A DNA stretch of 64,000 nt, from positions 23,314,001 to 23,378,000 of the forward strand of contig NC_045696.1 of NCBI RefSeq assembly GCF_009834535.1, in the 5' to 3' direction. Numbering within the stretch: position 1 is the first letter of the stretch; each line of letters starts with the position of its first letter. Origin of the DNA: Camelus ferus (lineage: Eukaryota). Below are positions 27,560 through 41,500 of this stretch, in pieces. The translations under genes and the position numbers were made by a program. The notes under the pieces are model-generated. The model worked only from the letters and a program-made list of their open reading frames with translations. It did no database searches and was not told the origin of the DNA.

Positions 27560-28720
27560 TCCTACCTCAGACTATACATAACAAGCAGCTCCAGCCTAAT
27601 CACATACAAGAGTTTAAAAGGCCAAAAAAAAAAAGAAGATTTTAATAGATATAGGAGGATATCAACAAGACCTCAGGATAAGAGACAACTTCTTAAATAG
27701 TACCAAAAAGGCACTAACCGTTAAAAGACTGAGTAACTTGATAACATTAAACTGATAAATTATATTTGCCAGAAAACATACTCATGAAAGTGAAAAGACA
27801 AGCCCACAAGAGGAAGTTATATGAGTTTGTAACATATATACAACGAACAAGCACTCAAATCTGGAATAATCTATAATTATAAGTTATATAATAAACTTGC
27901 TACACATCCATAGGGAAAAGTCAGGCAACATAATTTTGTAAAAAAAAAAAAAAAAAAGGTAGGGGGTAGGAGACTTGAATAGGCATTTTACAAACAGGGT
28001 ATCCACATAGCTACTAAGCATACTAAAAGATACTCATCTTCACTAACAATGGAAAAGATTCTCATTTAAAACAATGAAATACTACACCCACCAATACGAT
28101 ACAATGGCTAAGATGTGAAGCAACAGGAAGTCTCATACACAAGTAGTCAGGCATTATCTAATAAAGGTCACTATGAACAGAATTTCCACCCTACTCCTAG
28201 GTAAATACCTTATCCCCAGTTATATGCATGTATGGAAAAAGAGATTTCTGTAAGAGTGCTTATAACATTATTTTAACTAGACATTAACTAAAATATGCAT
28301 GAACAGTACAACTGATACACACTGTAGTACATATAACAGCCATGAAAATGAACTGACTACTGCTACATGCAAGAATATAGATGAGTTTCACAAACATAAT
28401 ACTGAATGAAATAAGCCAGGCACAAAAGAAACTTGGTAAACAGGCAAAATTAATTTTTGGTGTTAGAAGTAAGGGCAGTCATCACCTTTGGGGTTGAGGT
28501 TGAAGGCAGAGGTAATGACTAATGGGGAACCAAGTAGGCTTGTGGGGTATGTCTATTTCTGTTTTCTTATTTTTGTATTTTGAGTCGTTTTGGGGTTTTT
28601 TGGTTTATTGTTTACATAAGTGATGGTTACATGAGTACATTCACTTTGTGACAATTCATTGATCTGTACATTAATGATTGGTTTTTCTGTATGTGTATTT
28701 TTTCCCTAGTGAATAGCATC
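27560..28720 (+). mobile_element. L1MC/L1ME-like 3' end
   Basis: 'gaaagtgaaaagacaagcc', 'agacttgaataggcattttaca', 'tactgctacatgcaagaatatagatgagtttcacaaacataa'. Confidence 0.8.
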
Positions 28721-28799
28721 ATATATACACACAAACACAAACATACACGCACGCAAAACTGAATGCTGAATAAAAAATGTTAAAATGCACAGCAGCAAT

Positions 28800-30000
28800 A
28801 GCTCAAAGAATGGTTCAGAACTTTTTGTCCTCCTCAGTGAGTTCTACAAATATTTAGAGAATAAATATTTCCAATATTATACAAAGTCTGCCAGAGATTA
28901 GATACAAAGAGAGCATTCTACATCTCATTTTGTAAGTCTACACTACCTTAATATCAAAACCAGCAAAAGAAAATGTGAAAATAAAAATTAAATCACTCTC
29001 ATTCATGAACATAGATGCAAAAATTCAAAACAAAACTTCCACAACCAAAACCAGCAATGCATAATGTGCAAAACATATGATCAAGTTAGGTCTATCCCAG
29101 GTATACAATGCTGACTTACATTGGAAAATCAATCAATACAATTTGCTACATTAACATTTTAAAGGAAATAATTATATTACTAGTTTATTTGCTATAGAAA
29201 AAAGTCTATTAAAATTCAACATCTTTCATAATTAAATTAGAAACAAAAGTTACAACTTTCAGAATATCTACAAAATAAAATTTCCACTATCATACTTATT
29301 GCTAAAACTATAAAAGTAAGCACAAAACAAAAATAGCCACTATCACCACTTTTATTCAACATGTCAATATTGACAACTGTCATCATTTGTAGATAATGTA
29401 ATTTTTACACAGAAAATGAAAATAATCCACAAATTGATGGAATTAATGAGTTTAGCAAGGTCATTCTCTATAAAATCAGCATATCAAAATCTTTTATTTT
29501 TAAATATCAGCCATAAAAGATATTTTTATAAGGTACAACTTCCAACAGCACCAAAAATACTAGGCAATAAGGAATAAATCTCAGAGAAGATATGAATAAT
29601 TCTATGGAGCATATGATGAAACTTTATTGAGAGAAATTAAGGATGACTCATGTAAATGGAAAGATAAATCATGTTCATGGATTGGAAGGCTCATAAGTAT
29701 GTTAATTCTTCACAAATTAATCTACAGATTCAGCGTATTACCAACCAACATCACAACACAGTTTTCAACTGTACTGCTGATTCTAAAATGGAAATAGAAA
29801 CGGAAAAGGCATGAATAGGTTAGTATCTTGTATGAAAACAAAACAGGGGAGGACTAGTTCAACTAACGTTAAAACTGACCATAAAATATATTTATATTAA
29901 GACATAAGACACTGTGATATTAGCACTGGGAAGAACACAAAAATCAACAGAAAAGAATAAAGATCCTGGGAACAGACTGATATGTACCTGGGCCCTTTAT
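28800..30000 (+). mobile_element. Old L1 ORF2 (reverse transcriptase region) remnant
   Basis: 'tctcattcatgaacatagatgcaaaaatt', 'ccactatcaccacttttattcaacat', 'catgttcatggattggaaggctca'. Confidence 0.85.
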
Positions 30001-31704
30001 CTACCTAATGGCCATTATAAGGCAATCTGAAATAATGCCCCAAAGTTACTCTCTAAAAAAAAATTAGTGCTTTTTTAAATAAAATTTTGTAATGAAATTC
30101 TTTAAAGTTATTAAAACTATTATTAGTTTTTATTAAGGACAAGATATACTGAGCATTAAAGTGACCATGTAAGTATTAGATACGTATACATTTTAAATAA
30201 TTGTTTTTCCATTATATTAATAATAAATTGCACATTTGGTGACTCAAAAACTAGCAGTTTCAGATGGAATATACATATATATTTTTCAAATATATTATAT
30301 ATAAAATAAATATTGCATATATGCACATTTTTAATTTCAGCATAGTCTTTTTCTTTATATTAAGTCATATAAAATGTTAAAATTTAGTAAACTTTGCGAA
30401 CTCATGAAAGAAGCAAATTTCTTTCTCTTTTTTGGGGAAATAAAACAGAATGTGGACTTTCACATTTTAACATGCACATTTCTATATTTTAACTCTTTAG
30501 ATAAATTCTACTTTTATATTTTCCAAACACAAAATAACCTGTAAGCTTGATTATAATTTTATTTTTAATATATTTAATTCTTAATTAAAATCCATTCATT
30601 TTACAGTAAGGTATTAATTCTACTGGAAACTATTGGAAGTTTTTCAGTCAGATATTATTTGAATTATAACAAAAACTTTTCTAAGGAGTTGTTGATATTA
30701 GAAGTGGTCACTGCAAATATAATGCCCTACTTTTAGGAAAGAAATACTGTTAGAGCTCTCTTCATATTACAGAATTAGCACAGAAATCTGTTTCCAATTA
30801 AAAGAGCTATGGGAGAACCCAGCTGTATTTGGGATTTGGCAAATGTATTAAACTGTGCTCCAAATGCTTTGGTTTCAGCAAAGGACTATAAAGTATTTTC
30901 TCATGTCTTTTCTTTCTTAACCTTAAAACACATGTACAGAGCATGAATCCGAAGCGTCTCTCTCCCTCCAGTTTACAATGATCAGAAAATGTTTTAATAT
31001 TCAATGCCTTTAATATTTTTAAATCTCTAACACACAAAGGGTGAAAAAGAATATTCATGAGGTCACCTGTGTAAAATGAAAGGATTTATGTCTTGTTTGT
31101 CAGAGTGTTTAAAAAATGATTCACTTTTGCATGGAACCAAGAACTCAGTTTTGCCAAAGGCTCATGGCACTCAGGCTTGGAGTGGTTTGGATTTAGTTAG
31201 AAACATAAAAGCCAAGCAAGCAAAGAGGTTGTTTCAGGATAGTTTTAAAGTTCCACAACTACCTCTCACATTCTGTGCACCAACATTTTGAAAACCGGAG
31301 TTCTAAAGCAATTTTGTTATGGGGAGAATATTTTCTAGGGATATTAAATCAAAGGAAGAGGATGGAGGAATTTAGAAGAGTTTTTAGAATAGGAATGAAT
31401 GAATGGATATAGTACGGAAAACCACTAAAATTACTTCAGTATTTTTTAAAAATAATAGCATGATAGCCATCTTCAAAGGTTATATGGTCTACTTCAGCTT
31501 TAAGAGTAAAACAGATTAGCACATTTCTCTTTCATTAGCTCACTCAGTAACAGTTCTTCCATGTTCAATTCTTAGTCATAGAAAGTTCTAGAAAAACGAC
31601 ATGAATAGAAAAGTACAAATGAACATCAGACTTTCAGTGTCACATCTCCTTCTGCATTTAAAATAAGAGGTAGTGATGTCTTTTTTGAGATAGAAGAGTA
31701 AAAT

Positions 31705-31935
31705 AATGCAAATAGCAATGACTGACTTACAGTATGCCAGGCACTGTTCAAAACCTTTTACATACACTGATGTATTTAATCCTTTCAACAACTATGAGAC
31801 TGGATACAATTCTCAACATTTTACACACAAGGAAAGTGAGATATAGAGAAATTAAGCAGAATTTAAGTATTGCTTTACATATCTAGGATTCAAACACAAG
31901 CAGGAAGCCTTGATAGTGCATTTAACCACTGCACA
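31705..31935 (-). mobile_element. MIR SINE
   Basis: 'tgccaggcactgttc...tttaatcctttcaacaac...cattttacacacaaggaaagtgag'. Confidence 0.8.
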
Positions 31936-33079
31936 CAAATGATATCAAAGAGCTTGTCAAAATCAGACATGGTTTAAAAACTAAGATTTTCACTTACTAA
32001 ATGCTAAAACCTTCAGTATGCTTTCTATTGTAACTTTGATTTTTTCATCCATATCATACCATGATGGCATAAAATTATTCTGATTTTAAAAGGATGTAAG
32101 TTCCTGGCACATATTAAATACACAATACATGTCAGTTTCCACCAACACAAATTTTTCATCGGTTTATTCTTCACAGCTTAGTTATAAGGTAATGCAGAGT
32201 TCCTGGTTAAGCCTAAAACAGTGAACATGTTTATTTACCTTGTCTTCCTTTAAAAAATCCATTCCAATGTCTATGAAAGGGTTTTAAAAAAGAGAAAAGA
32301 TTGCCCAGGAGGACAAAAAGCTAGAGAGAAGAAAGTAGCACAAAGAAGGTTCCAATAAAAAAAAAAAAAAAAAAAAAAGGAAACTGGAAAGAAGGTGGGC
32401 AAATGGTGAAAAGCAACCTAAAGGAAAAACTGAGAACTAAGTATCTTAAAAGCATAAGAAATCCACAGCAAATCAGTATACACTACATACCAAGAAAAGG
32501 CTCAGAAATGTGAGACACCATAAACCCTGCAGACAAAAATCAAAAATAGCTAAACTGGTTGAAAGTTTGTGTAAGAAGCAGTCAGATTCCTACATATCCC
32601 TCTTGTATATACACAATCAAGTGACAAGCTTTCCCTAACTACCCCCAAAGAATGGAGGATTGCTCTACAGCAAGGCTGAATCACAAGGACACCAGACTCA
32701 GAGATGCCTCACAGAGTAAAAGGTCTGAGTGTCACCTAAAACCAGAGAGATCAAATAAAATTTTCCCCTGCTGAATGGTGAGACATGTCCCTTACCTCAT
32801 CATGACCAAACTCACTCTTTGCTGGGCTTTGAAAAAAAGTTATAGCCTTGCTTATACCACCAGGAAAAAAAAAAAAAATCTAAGGATTCATATCTTTAAA
32901 CACTGACATTTAAGAAATGGTACATAGTCTCTTATAGCTGACTCAATAAAAGTGATAGATCCTTGGCCAGTTATTCTAAACTAAAGCTCTTAACTTAGCA
33001 AATATTGCCAGCTGAAATGCTAGTGACTCTTGATAAAAATTAGAAGGCAAACTATGATTACTGAGTCCACAGCTTTAGG

Positions 33080-33294
33080 TAGTGCTGTCCAATGAACTTT
33101 CATACAGATACAGAAAATAGTGTTCTACTTCTGTGCTGTTTCATGCAATAGCAACTAGCCTTGAGTGACTACTGAGCATTTCACATGCGGTTGCTGCAAC
33201 CGAGGTACTGAAATATTACATTTTGCTTAATTTTTACTAATTTACAGTTAAGCAACCACATGTAGCTTTGTGACTACCTCATTGGACAGTGCAG
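33080..33294. mobile_element. MER3 hAT-Charlie MITE
   Basis: Inverted ends 'agtgctgtccaat' ... 'attggacagtgcag'; internal 'ccacatgtagct'. Confidence 0.85.
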
Positions 33295-33299
33295 CTCTA

Positions 33300-36170
33300 G
33301 AGAAAGTCATTAGAAAAAGTCAAAATGGTGTGCTTGTTGGCTGTTTCTTGCCATTTTAAAAGAAGCCTAAGAGAAAAAAACTTAGCAAGAGTTACTCCAT
33401 TTGAAAGAAGGGACTGAAGAGAATACAGCTTTGCTAAAAAGGTGTCTGATTCAGATTGTTACCTTTAAATTATATTGACTGAAAATTTAATTTGGGCCTT
33501 ACTTAGTTTATAAAAACTAACCAGCTATTGCATCTCAAACAGAAGCAGAAGGAGCCCTCAGGCCTCTCTCGATCACATCCCAATGTGCTCTGGGAAGGAA
33601 AGATCAGTTAAAAAGGCTGTTCTCCCTCTGCTGTTTTAGACGGCTTCAGAGTAGCTTTCATTAAGTTGATCATTTGAATGTGCTGCATACAACTCTTACA
33701 TACTTGATTTACATTTTTTTTCTCTCCAGGCTTTTTTGTTTTCTATTAACCTGTCTTCTAGTTTACTAGTCTCTCATTTTCTCCAATCTGCTGTTAAAAT
33801 TCACTGATATTTTAATTTCAAATATTGATATTTTAACTGCATTTTTCAGCTCTAGAATGTCCATTTGAATCTTTTCATAGATAGCAGTTCTGTATTGAAA
33901 TTCTACAGCCTTGCGTGTTATTTATAACTTTTCCTTAGTTTTAATATTTTAATTACAGTTAAGTTAAAGTTACTGCCAATATCTAGATTATCTGTGCATC
34001 TATTTAGATTATCTATTTTTTCCCTTGATTATAAGTCATATCTTCCTGCTTCATTACATGTCTAGTAATTTTTATTGTATGTTGAAAACTGTGATTAAAG
34101 AGCCACAGAGGATCCAAATGATATTATCTTTCATCAGAAAGTGTTTTTCCCATCAGACACATTTAATGAGGGACTGGTGATCTCAACAAATTGGAGATTG
34201 AATCATTTTAGGTTTGGTTTGAAGTTTTGGTAAGACTCAGTTTACCTCTTGGTTGACTTCTGTTCCTCAGTCATGACCTCCCTGGGTTTTTGATAGTAAG
34301 TTTGGCAAATATTCTTTCTTCATCCCCAAAAGACTTGGGGGATCAATCTCTGCTTCCACAGGTTCCAAGGTCACTTCTTTAGCAACTTAACCTTCAGATC
34401 CTGGCACTTCTCTTCATGGGAGATTAGCTGTGTATTTGAGTAAACCACTCTATCTTTGGTATCTGTGGTGTGGGTTGTTTTTTTTTTTTTTCTGTAATCT
34501 CCACAAGCCTGCAGGAAATTTCATTCTGCCTTTTGACCTAGTTCCTCAAACTCTTGAGTACTTCCAGAACTCAGCCATAAGTTAGAATTCTCTCAAGTTT
34601 TCATTAGCTTTCCATGACAATTAAAACTTTTGTTGAATTCTTTTTCCCTGGTAGTGGCTCTCTGCTTGGACTTAGCTGATTCTCTACCCTTTTTCAGAAT
34701 TGGCCAGTGTCCTTAGGGAGTTAAAAACAGCTGGTAATCCTCAGATCATTTCAGAATGGTAGTTCTACCTCCTCTGATATCTTGTACTTATTGTTCTATT
34801 ACACGTTTACAAATATAATTTTTGTAATTTATCTTGCTTTTTCTGGCAGCTGTAATGGCAGCTGTGGGTTGAAGCTTACACAAGACTAGTAAATGGATAG
34901 AAGACTTCAGGCTTAATATCTCTGATGAGATGAAATCTCTACTTGTACATACATGCACATGAAACCGACCGAAACTATTACATTTTAAAGTAAGTTGTAT
35001 TTTCAAAGGAGCCACCAGAGAGATTCACAGTCTGAGACTTTTCAACTTTCAAAGCAACCTCCAGGTCTCTGAATTTATACTAGCAGGAAATAGACTGTGA
35101 AATCTGTATTTTTTTCAAAGAAGGTCATACATTGCAACACTCACCTAAAAGTTGGCCATGGGGGATATCAGAAAAACAAACAAACAAACAAAAGTCATCC
35201 TAGATGTAAAATCTAGGAGCCATGGAAAACAATAGGAAAAAAAAAATAGTTACAGAAAGCAGAATAATGCCCATCAACTTAGGAGATCCAGCAATTCTTG
35301 CTTAACAAGATCTGACAACTCCAATGAACTAGTGACTTTAGTTTGTATAATATTCTTGGCTTTTCTGAAGCAGGATATTTTATTGTAGTATCCTCACCCA
35401 CTCTACAAGAGGTTGTACGTGGAATTAGGAAAGGGGAGAGATTAGTAACTCCTCCTCCCTTAGTTTATAGGTTTCCACATCACAATTAGTTTTCATCTGA
35501 CCCAAAGGACAGAATTATACATCTTTTCAGCTGGATCAAGTAACTAAAAAAGACTTAACATTTTATGTGAGGATGTGAAAACCATGGTTTAAATGTACCA
35601 AAAATTTAGAAAAACATGGTTCATGGGTACATGGGTGATCAAGCTATGAGAGAATAGTGTTTGTCAACCAATATTGTCTCATCTTAATCTTTCAGTAACA
35701 GAATTCCCAAAGATACAGCTGAATGCATGACAATTAGAAGAAGCCATGCAAGTAAGAAACAGCTCTTGGATGTGAGCAGAAATGATGTGACGTGTGAGCA
35801 GAAAACGGCACATTCTTGAAAGGAAGTTATTTGTCTTGAACATCTTCTTCCTCGTTTCCCTTGTGCCAGGGGATAGATGTAGTGGTGAGCCAGTTTTGAC
35901 TGTGTAGACAAGGGAAACACTCAAGGAGATGATAAAGTAGAAATATGAAAGGAACTTGGACTCCAGATGACCTTAAGGGGCAGAGTTTCTCTCTCCATCC
36001 CCTCCCTTCAGCCCCCTTCCCTCCCTCCAAATCCTTCCCTTGCAACCACAAGAGATTCTCATCTTGGACTTTCTCATGAGAAAGATATAAATAAAGCTTC
36101 TGACTTGTTTAAGCCATTGTCCCTTTGGCCTCTATTAAAGCAGTGAAACCAATATCCTACTTAATGTATA
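33300..36170 (+). mobile_element. ERVL-MaLR internal sequence plus 3' MLT1 LTR, split by an antisense L1 fragment
   Basis: 'gcaacctccaggtctctgaa...gcaggaaatagactgtgaaa' resembles MLT-int; LTR end 'aataaagcttctgacttgtttaagccattgt...tatcctacttaatgta'. Confidence 0.55.
33715..35000 (-). mobile_element. Old L1 5'/ORF1 fragment
   Basis: 'ctgtcttctagtttact', 'ccaatctgctgttaa', 'ttttcagctctagaatgtccatttg' are antisense L1M ORF1 motifs. Confidence 0.7.
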
Positions 36171-38923
36171 AGCCTTATAAAATTATATGCCTTTTTAAAA
36201 TGACGCACAATTTAATATTTTAACAAAAGTTTAAATTAGTTAATAATTTTGAATATACTGAGTACTTCTAAATTATATATAATTGCATTAATGTTTGCTA
36301 AATAACATTATTGTGTAGTGTTATTAGAGACATAATTCATAAAGCACTTTCATATATGCCTAGTTCAATGTACACAGTATCATTTATTAAGAATTATAAT
36401 ATTCATGGCCATATTCAAGACTGATAATCTTGAGAGAATTCCTTATTGCAGAATATTTAAGCTTCAGTTGCCCTCAAAGGTAATATGTTAGTGGAAAGAA
36501 AGATTTGGAAGTCAAATGAACCAAGTAAGTGCTAACTCTACCCACCCCATTCCCATGAGCAGTGCCCAAAGGCAAGTTGGGCCTCTCTGGGTTCACAGAC
36601 TCTCTTTGAACCTCAGTCTCTTTATATATTGAAGATAATAATCTCCTATCTTTTGCACAGGATTCAGTCAGTCAGGTTCAAACGAAATAATTTATATGAA
36701 AGTAATTTGCAAAGTGTTGTATCAAACCTATAAAACCTTAGAAAAGAAATGAATAGTAACTCAACAGATATTGAGTCTAATTTTAGACTGTTGAATAGGT
36801 TGAATAGGTTGCTTCTAGAGTAGAAATGAGAGATAATCTATGGCAGAAGAAAAAGAACAAGCAGTCAATGAAGCCAGCTGTCTGAGTGAAAAGTAGATAA
36901 TGTCTAAATTTAGATTAAAAAATACATTTTTAAATAAATTCTAAACAACATTTAGCTATGTGGAATTATGTAGCTCTTGCTTCTCAAAATAACATGGATA
37001 AAGCATTTTAATCAATTTCATAGAATATCAAGTAAATATTTCAGGACTTGGAATTTGTTGGGAAAACAGTGCCATGCCCCTGAAAATCCTTGCTCTAAGA
37101 CCCGGAAGAAACGTGTTTCCCAGTAGTTCCTTCCCTCTCTGGATAAATCATGGATATTTTTGAACTGCTTCTGACCCTACAAATAAGCAGGGTCTTGATG
37201 CTAACTCAAGTCTTGACTCTCCCAGCCCAGAAATAATTGCCAATGTTGCCCAGCTTCTCCCTCTCTCATCCCACAGCTTATAAATGGAGGTAATTCTATT
37301 GTGATAGCCTTCCTCACTTCTTACAGGCTCCTTTTAAATGGACAAGTAGGCATCCTTTCAGCTGCTGACTACACTCTAACATTCTCCAACTTACTGAGAG
37401 ACTGTGTCCCAGTGCTTGCTGCTGAAAGGCCAAGTCCAAAGTGGCCGGTACACTTTTCTTTTTAAAGAGTATTCATTGCATAATGACATGAAGGGATAAC
37501 CCAGTTTCTTTTAGATGGTAGGTCACAAAGGGACTGGAACTGGTTTACACTTCCCTGCTGCTTCTCTTCTTTCCTCAACATTTCTTGCTTTCACTTTTGG
37601 CAGTGGACCTCTAGCAGGTAATTGATAACATGTTAAAAGTAACTGAGAAAGAAGAATCCGTCAGGAAACAAAGATTCTGCAGCTAAAAATATTGTTGAAT
37701 TTAATTACCCAAGATAATCCCAGCTTAGAGACTTAGTTAATTCCAACAGATTTTTTTTCTTCACTATGAAATAAATGAAATACAATGAAACAAACAAAAA
37801 AAATATGAATATGAAGAGAAGAATACAGCTTTAGAATGTTGGCAATTATTATGAAAACCATCCATATTGTAGCCACATAACCCTCTTAATATAAAAAAGA
37901 GTCATAATGATCACTGGAAATGAGAGAACAAAAAGCAAAGTTAAGACTATATTTGGTTCCTTGTTAAATTTAAACATGTAGATTGCATTTAGAAACAAAA
38001 TGTGAATTGAATAAATTGATGAAATGACTTTCTCTTAAAAATCAACATAAGATACTATCTAACAAAAACATATTTTATTATTTTAAAATGCAAATCCAAG
38101 TAATCAAACTTTAATGGCAGAACTAAAAGGGACAGAAATTACTTTTCAAAGTGCATTTTCCAAATGATGTAATTATCATTGATTTTTTTTTTTAGACCTC
38201 AAAAACAATAAGCCATAACCCATAATGCAAAGGAAGTCTGGACATACTTATCTGGAATGCTTCTGTTCCCTAAGACAGACTTAATATCCAATAACCAACT
38301 GGCTTTCAGGTAATTTTAGTCATGGATACTGTAGATACACCAATAAATCTTTAAAATCAGTCTGTACTCATTCATTCCTGAATTTAGTTAGTTTGGACAG
38401 CTAATTTTGATTTCTTCTTAACAGAGAACCATGGAAATCAATATTGATAAAGAAATAAATCATGTCCCCTTTAAATACTTTTATCTCTTCAAAACTGTCT
38501 TCCTGATTAAATTTTTAAAAATTGGATCCTGAACATTCACATTCTGCATTATCACAAATAGAACTATCATACTTCCTAAATGACATCATTTTTTGTTGAT
38601 TCCACTGGAAATATTTCAATGGTATAAATTTCAGTGGTAAAGGACAGCCTATTTTTCCTCACACCATCAGATTTTGTTTCTTTCTTAAAAAAAAAAAAAA
38701 GGTACAATATTTGAATAGTAAGAGAGAACAAAATAGGGGAATATTTACCCATGAATGCAAAAATTTCTGTCTTCCTCTCATAAGCTTTTCCAATTCTCTA
38801 GCAATTTGTCTCAGCTCTGCCTTCAAAATACACCCCAAATTCAACCATGTCTCACAAAGTCCAAGCTTCTACCATAGAAATATGCTGGTCCTAAGCTACT
38901 AACATAATTTGCCAAATGTATAC

Positions 38924-39324
38924 TGTATTAGTCTGCCATGACTGTCATTAAAAAATATGACAGACTACATGGCATAAACAACAGAGATTTATCTCCTCAT
39001 AGTTCTGGGGCTGGAAGTCTACGATCAAGATGCTGGCAGGGTTGGGTTTTTTGGAGACCTCTCTCCTTGGCTGAAGATGGCCAACATCTTGCTGCCTCTT
39101 TACACATGGTCATTCCTCTTCGCACATGCCTCTCTGGTGTCTTCTGTGTGTGTCCAAATTTTCTCTTCTTTGTAGGACAGGAGTCAAATCCGATTAGAGC
39201 CCACCCCAATGGCCTTAGCTTAATTACCTCTTTAAAGTTCTATCTGCAAATACAGTCACATTCTGAGTTACTGGAGGCCAGGGCTTTAACATACAGATTT
39301 TGAGGGAACAGAATTCAGTCCATA

Positions 39325-39329
<5 letters not shown>
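38924..39329 (-). mobile_element. MLT1A/B/C-type solo LTR
   Basis: 'tgtattagt...aaacaacagagatttatctcctcatagttctggggctggaagtc...aaatacagtcacattctgag...aattcagtccataa'. Confidence 0.9.
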
Positions 39330-39359
<30 letters not shown>

Positions 39360-39370
39360 ACACAAACACA
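39328..39370. repeat. (CA)n microsatellite
   Basis: CA run at the MLT1/Tigger junction. Confidence 0.95.
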
Positions 39371-40523
39371 GAGTTGACTGTCATATTTCTGATAGTTATG
39401 TGCTAAAAAGATGCCATTGAACACTGAATTAGCAGAAATGAAACCTTTGGTCCTATGGGAAATACAAGGTTATGTTTCTGCAAACTTCTGGTCATATTTT
39501 TGTCAACTGATCAATATATACTTTTGTGTGTGGTTCTGTATAAAGACACCTTATTTAACATATATTTTTTATAAATAATTAATCACATGGTCTTTGAATG
39601 TTTTAAAGCCAAGACCTTTGGAGTACGTTTATGGTATTACAGGTTTGTTTGCCAAGGTCATTGTAAAACAAGCCAGTCTCATCAGCACTAAAACCCTACT
39701 CTTCCACATAATCTTTTTCCTATGAAATACTTACAAGGTATTTTAAAAATCCCTAAACCTCCTGATCTGCAGAACTTGCCTTGCTTGCAAGTTTAATATT
39801 TTTCACACCACACTGCCTTTTGAAATGTGTGCACCAGCCAGCACTAGCTGAGACGGGTTTAACATTTTCCTGACCCTGGGTAACATGACTGTAAATTTCT
39901 GTAGCCTTTAGCCTCACAATTCTGTGCACTATGCCTTTTTTATTGCTATCATCTTGTGAATCCACAAATTCAGTCACTTTTCCATCTTTTCCATAGCTTC
40001 ATCATGCACAACAGACATTACATTAGTCCTTTCCGAAGCTGTCTCCTATATAGATCAGCAAATATCCTCTTCTTTTTTCTGTATCTGTCATTACTGCTGA
40101 TTAACATTGAACTTCTGACCAACAGCACTGTAACTCGCACCTGAATGAAGCTGATCTAACACATATTTTCTCTATAAGGCATATCATACCTTCTTGTGCT
40201 TAGGAACACTGGACAGCACTTCAGCATTATGCATCTGGGTCATTTTAAATACTACAATTGCAAACAAAAAGCACAAAAACGCAAAAAAAAAAAAAAAAGT
40301 GACACCAAACAGACTACCAAAAGAACGCTTGTTTACTGTATGCAAGCTGAAATGAGAAAGCACTGGTTTCCTCTGTTTGATCTCTGGTAGGAATGTGACC
40401 TCTGTGCATCTCAAATTTTTCCCCACTCTGAACATGCCTGTAGATGATTTGGGGGCTACAAATAAATTTTAGCAAGTAGGCAAATTTGCAGATATGAAAT
40501 CTGCAAATAATTAGGGTCAACTA
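39371..40523 (-). mobile_element. TcMar-Tigger element with MER82-type ends and an internal transposase remnant
   Basis: Inverted ends 'agttgac' ... 'gtcaact'; MER82 motifs ('aacactgaattagc', 'ttcttgtgcttaggaacactggacagcacttcagca'); ORF 39753-39977 (-) gives 'ASAGWCTHFKRQCGVKNIKLASKASSADQE', a pogo/Tigger CENP-B-type HTH signature. Confidence 0.88.
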
Positions 40524-40579
40524 CATATATAAATATAATTTATATTCAATATTAAATATAAATATATATATCTTTCTAA

Positions 40580-41160
40580 TTTTAATCAAACCTCTGCCAC
40601 TATAGTCTATTCAGCACAACAGCCAATGATTCTTCTAAAATATAAGTCAGATCATGTCACTCCTCAAAACCCTCAGAATGAAGGTCAATGTACTGCCAAT
40701 GGCCTACAGGATCCTCTGAGACTGGACCCTAATTATTGCTTTGAGCCCGTTTCTGGTGGCTCTTCCCTGTCATCATGCTGGCCTCCTGCTGTTACTTAAA
40801 CTTGCCAAGTACCCTTTGGTGTCAGATCCTGTCCTTGCTATTCACTGTGCCTGCAAAGCCTTCCTCCTGAGAGATCCATGACTCTTATCTCTGTTAAGTC
40901 TCTACCCAATTCTTTCCAAACCACCCCGTTTGAAATAGCCCCGGCCCGCCACTCCCTTTTCCTCTTTCCTACTTTTACTACAGAGCACTTATCGGTATCT
41001 GATTCAATGTATGTCTTACTTGTACACATGGAGATCACAGTTCTACTTCCTTGCTCCATGAGGGCAGAGTTTCCTTATTTGTATTCCCAGACACCTAGAA
41101 TGGTACCTGGCATATTATGGGTACTTAATAAATATTTGTTGAATAAATGATTGATTAAAT
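40580..41160 (+). mobile_element. L2 3' end
   Basis: 'tcagatcatgtcactcc' and the terminus 'cctagaatggtacctggcatattatgggtacttaataaatatttgttgaataaatga'. Confidence 0.88.
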
Positions 41161-41462
41161 TAGATGTATTTAAGTTAATTTAAAATGAAAATGAAGGAAG
41201 AAAATACAAAGTTGTTGAAATAGGCAAGCTCCCATAAATTCTTGTCTAAATTAACTTCATATTTTAAGTTTTGTTTAGATCAAAATAAAATTCTTTACTG
41301 GTTAAGATAGAAAATGTAAAAGTCTGAAAAAAAAAATGGTCATAAACATTTTTACTAAGTTTTTGGAAAGGTTTTGCTTTGACTTTCAAATCAAATAAAG
41401 TTCAGAGTTTACTTGAATACCATACGCCCCTCACTTTTTTCCCCTCTTTCTTGTTTTTTCAG

Positions 41463-41500
41463 GAGGATAACTCCTTCTGATGGACTTGTTCTTACAGCCA
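41463..41500 (+). other. Candidate 38-nt exon
   Basis: Branch-like cctcac, ~30-nt polypyrimidine tract and ttcag acceptor; donor CCA|gtaagt; one open frame (RITPSDGLVLTA). Confidence 0.35.

Noticed and set aside
32357..32378. A22 tract (also A18 near 27940)
   Set aside because: No adjacent retrocopy or TSD; appears to be a mononucleotide expansion within old L1-like sequence
38938..39303. 121-aa ORF
   Set aside because: Entirely within an MLT1 LTR
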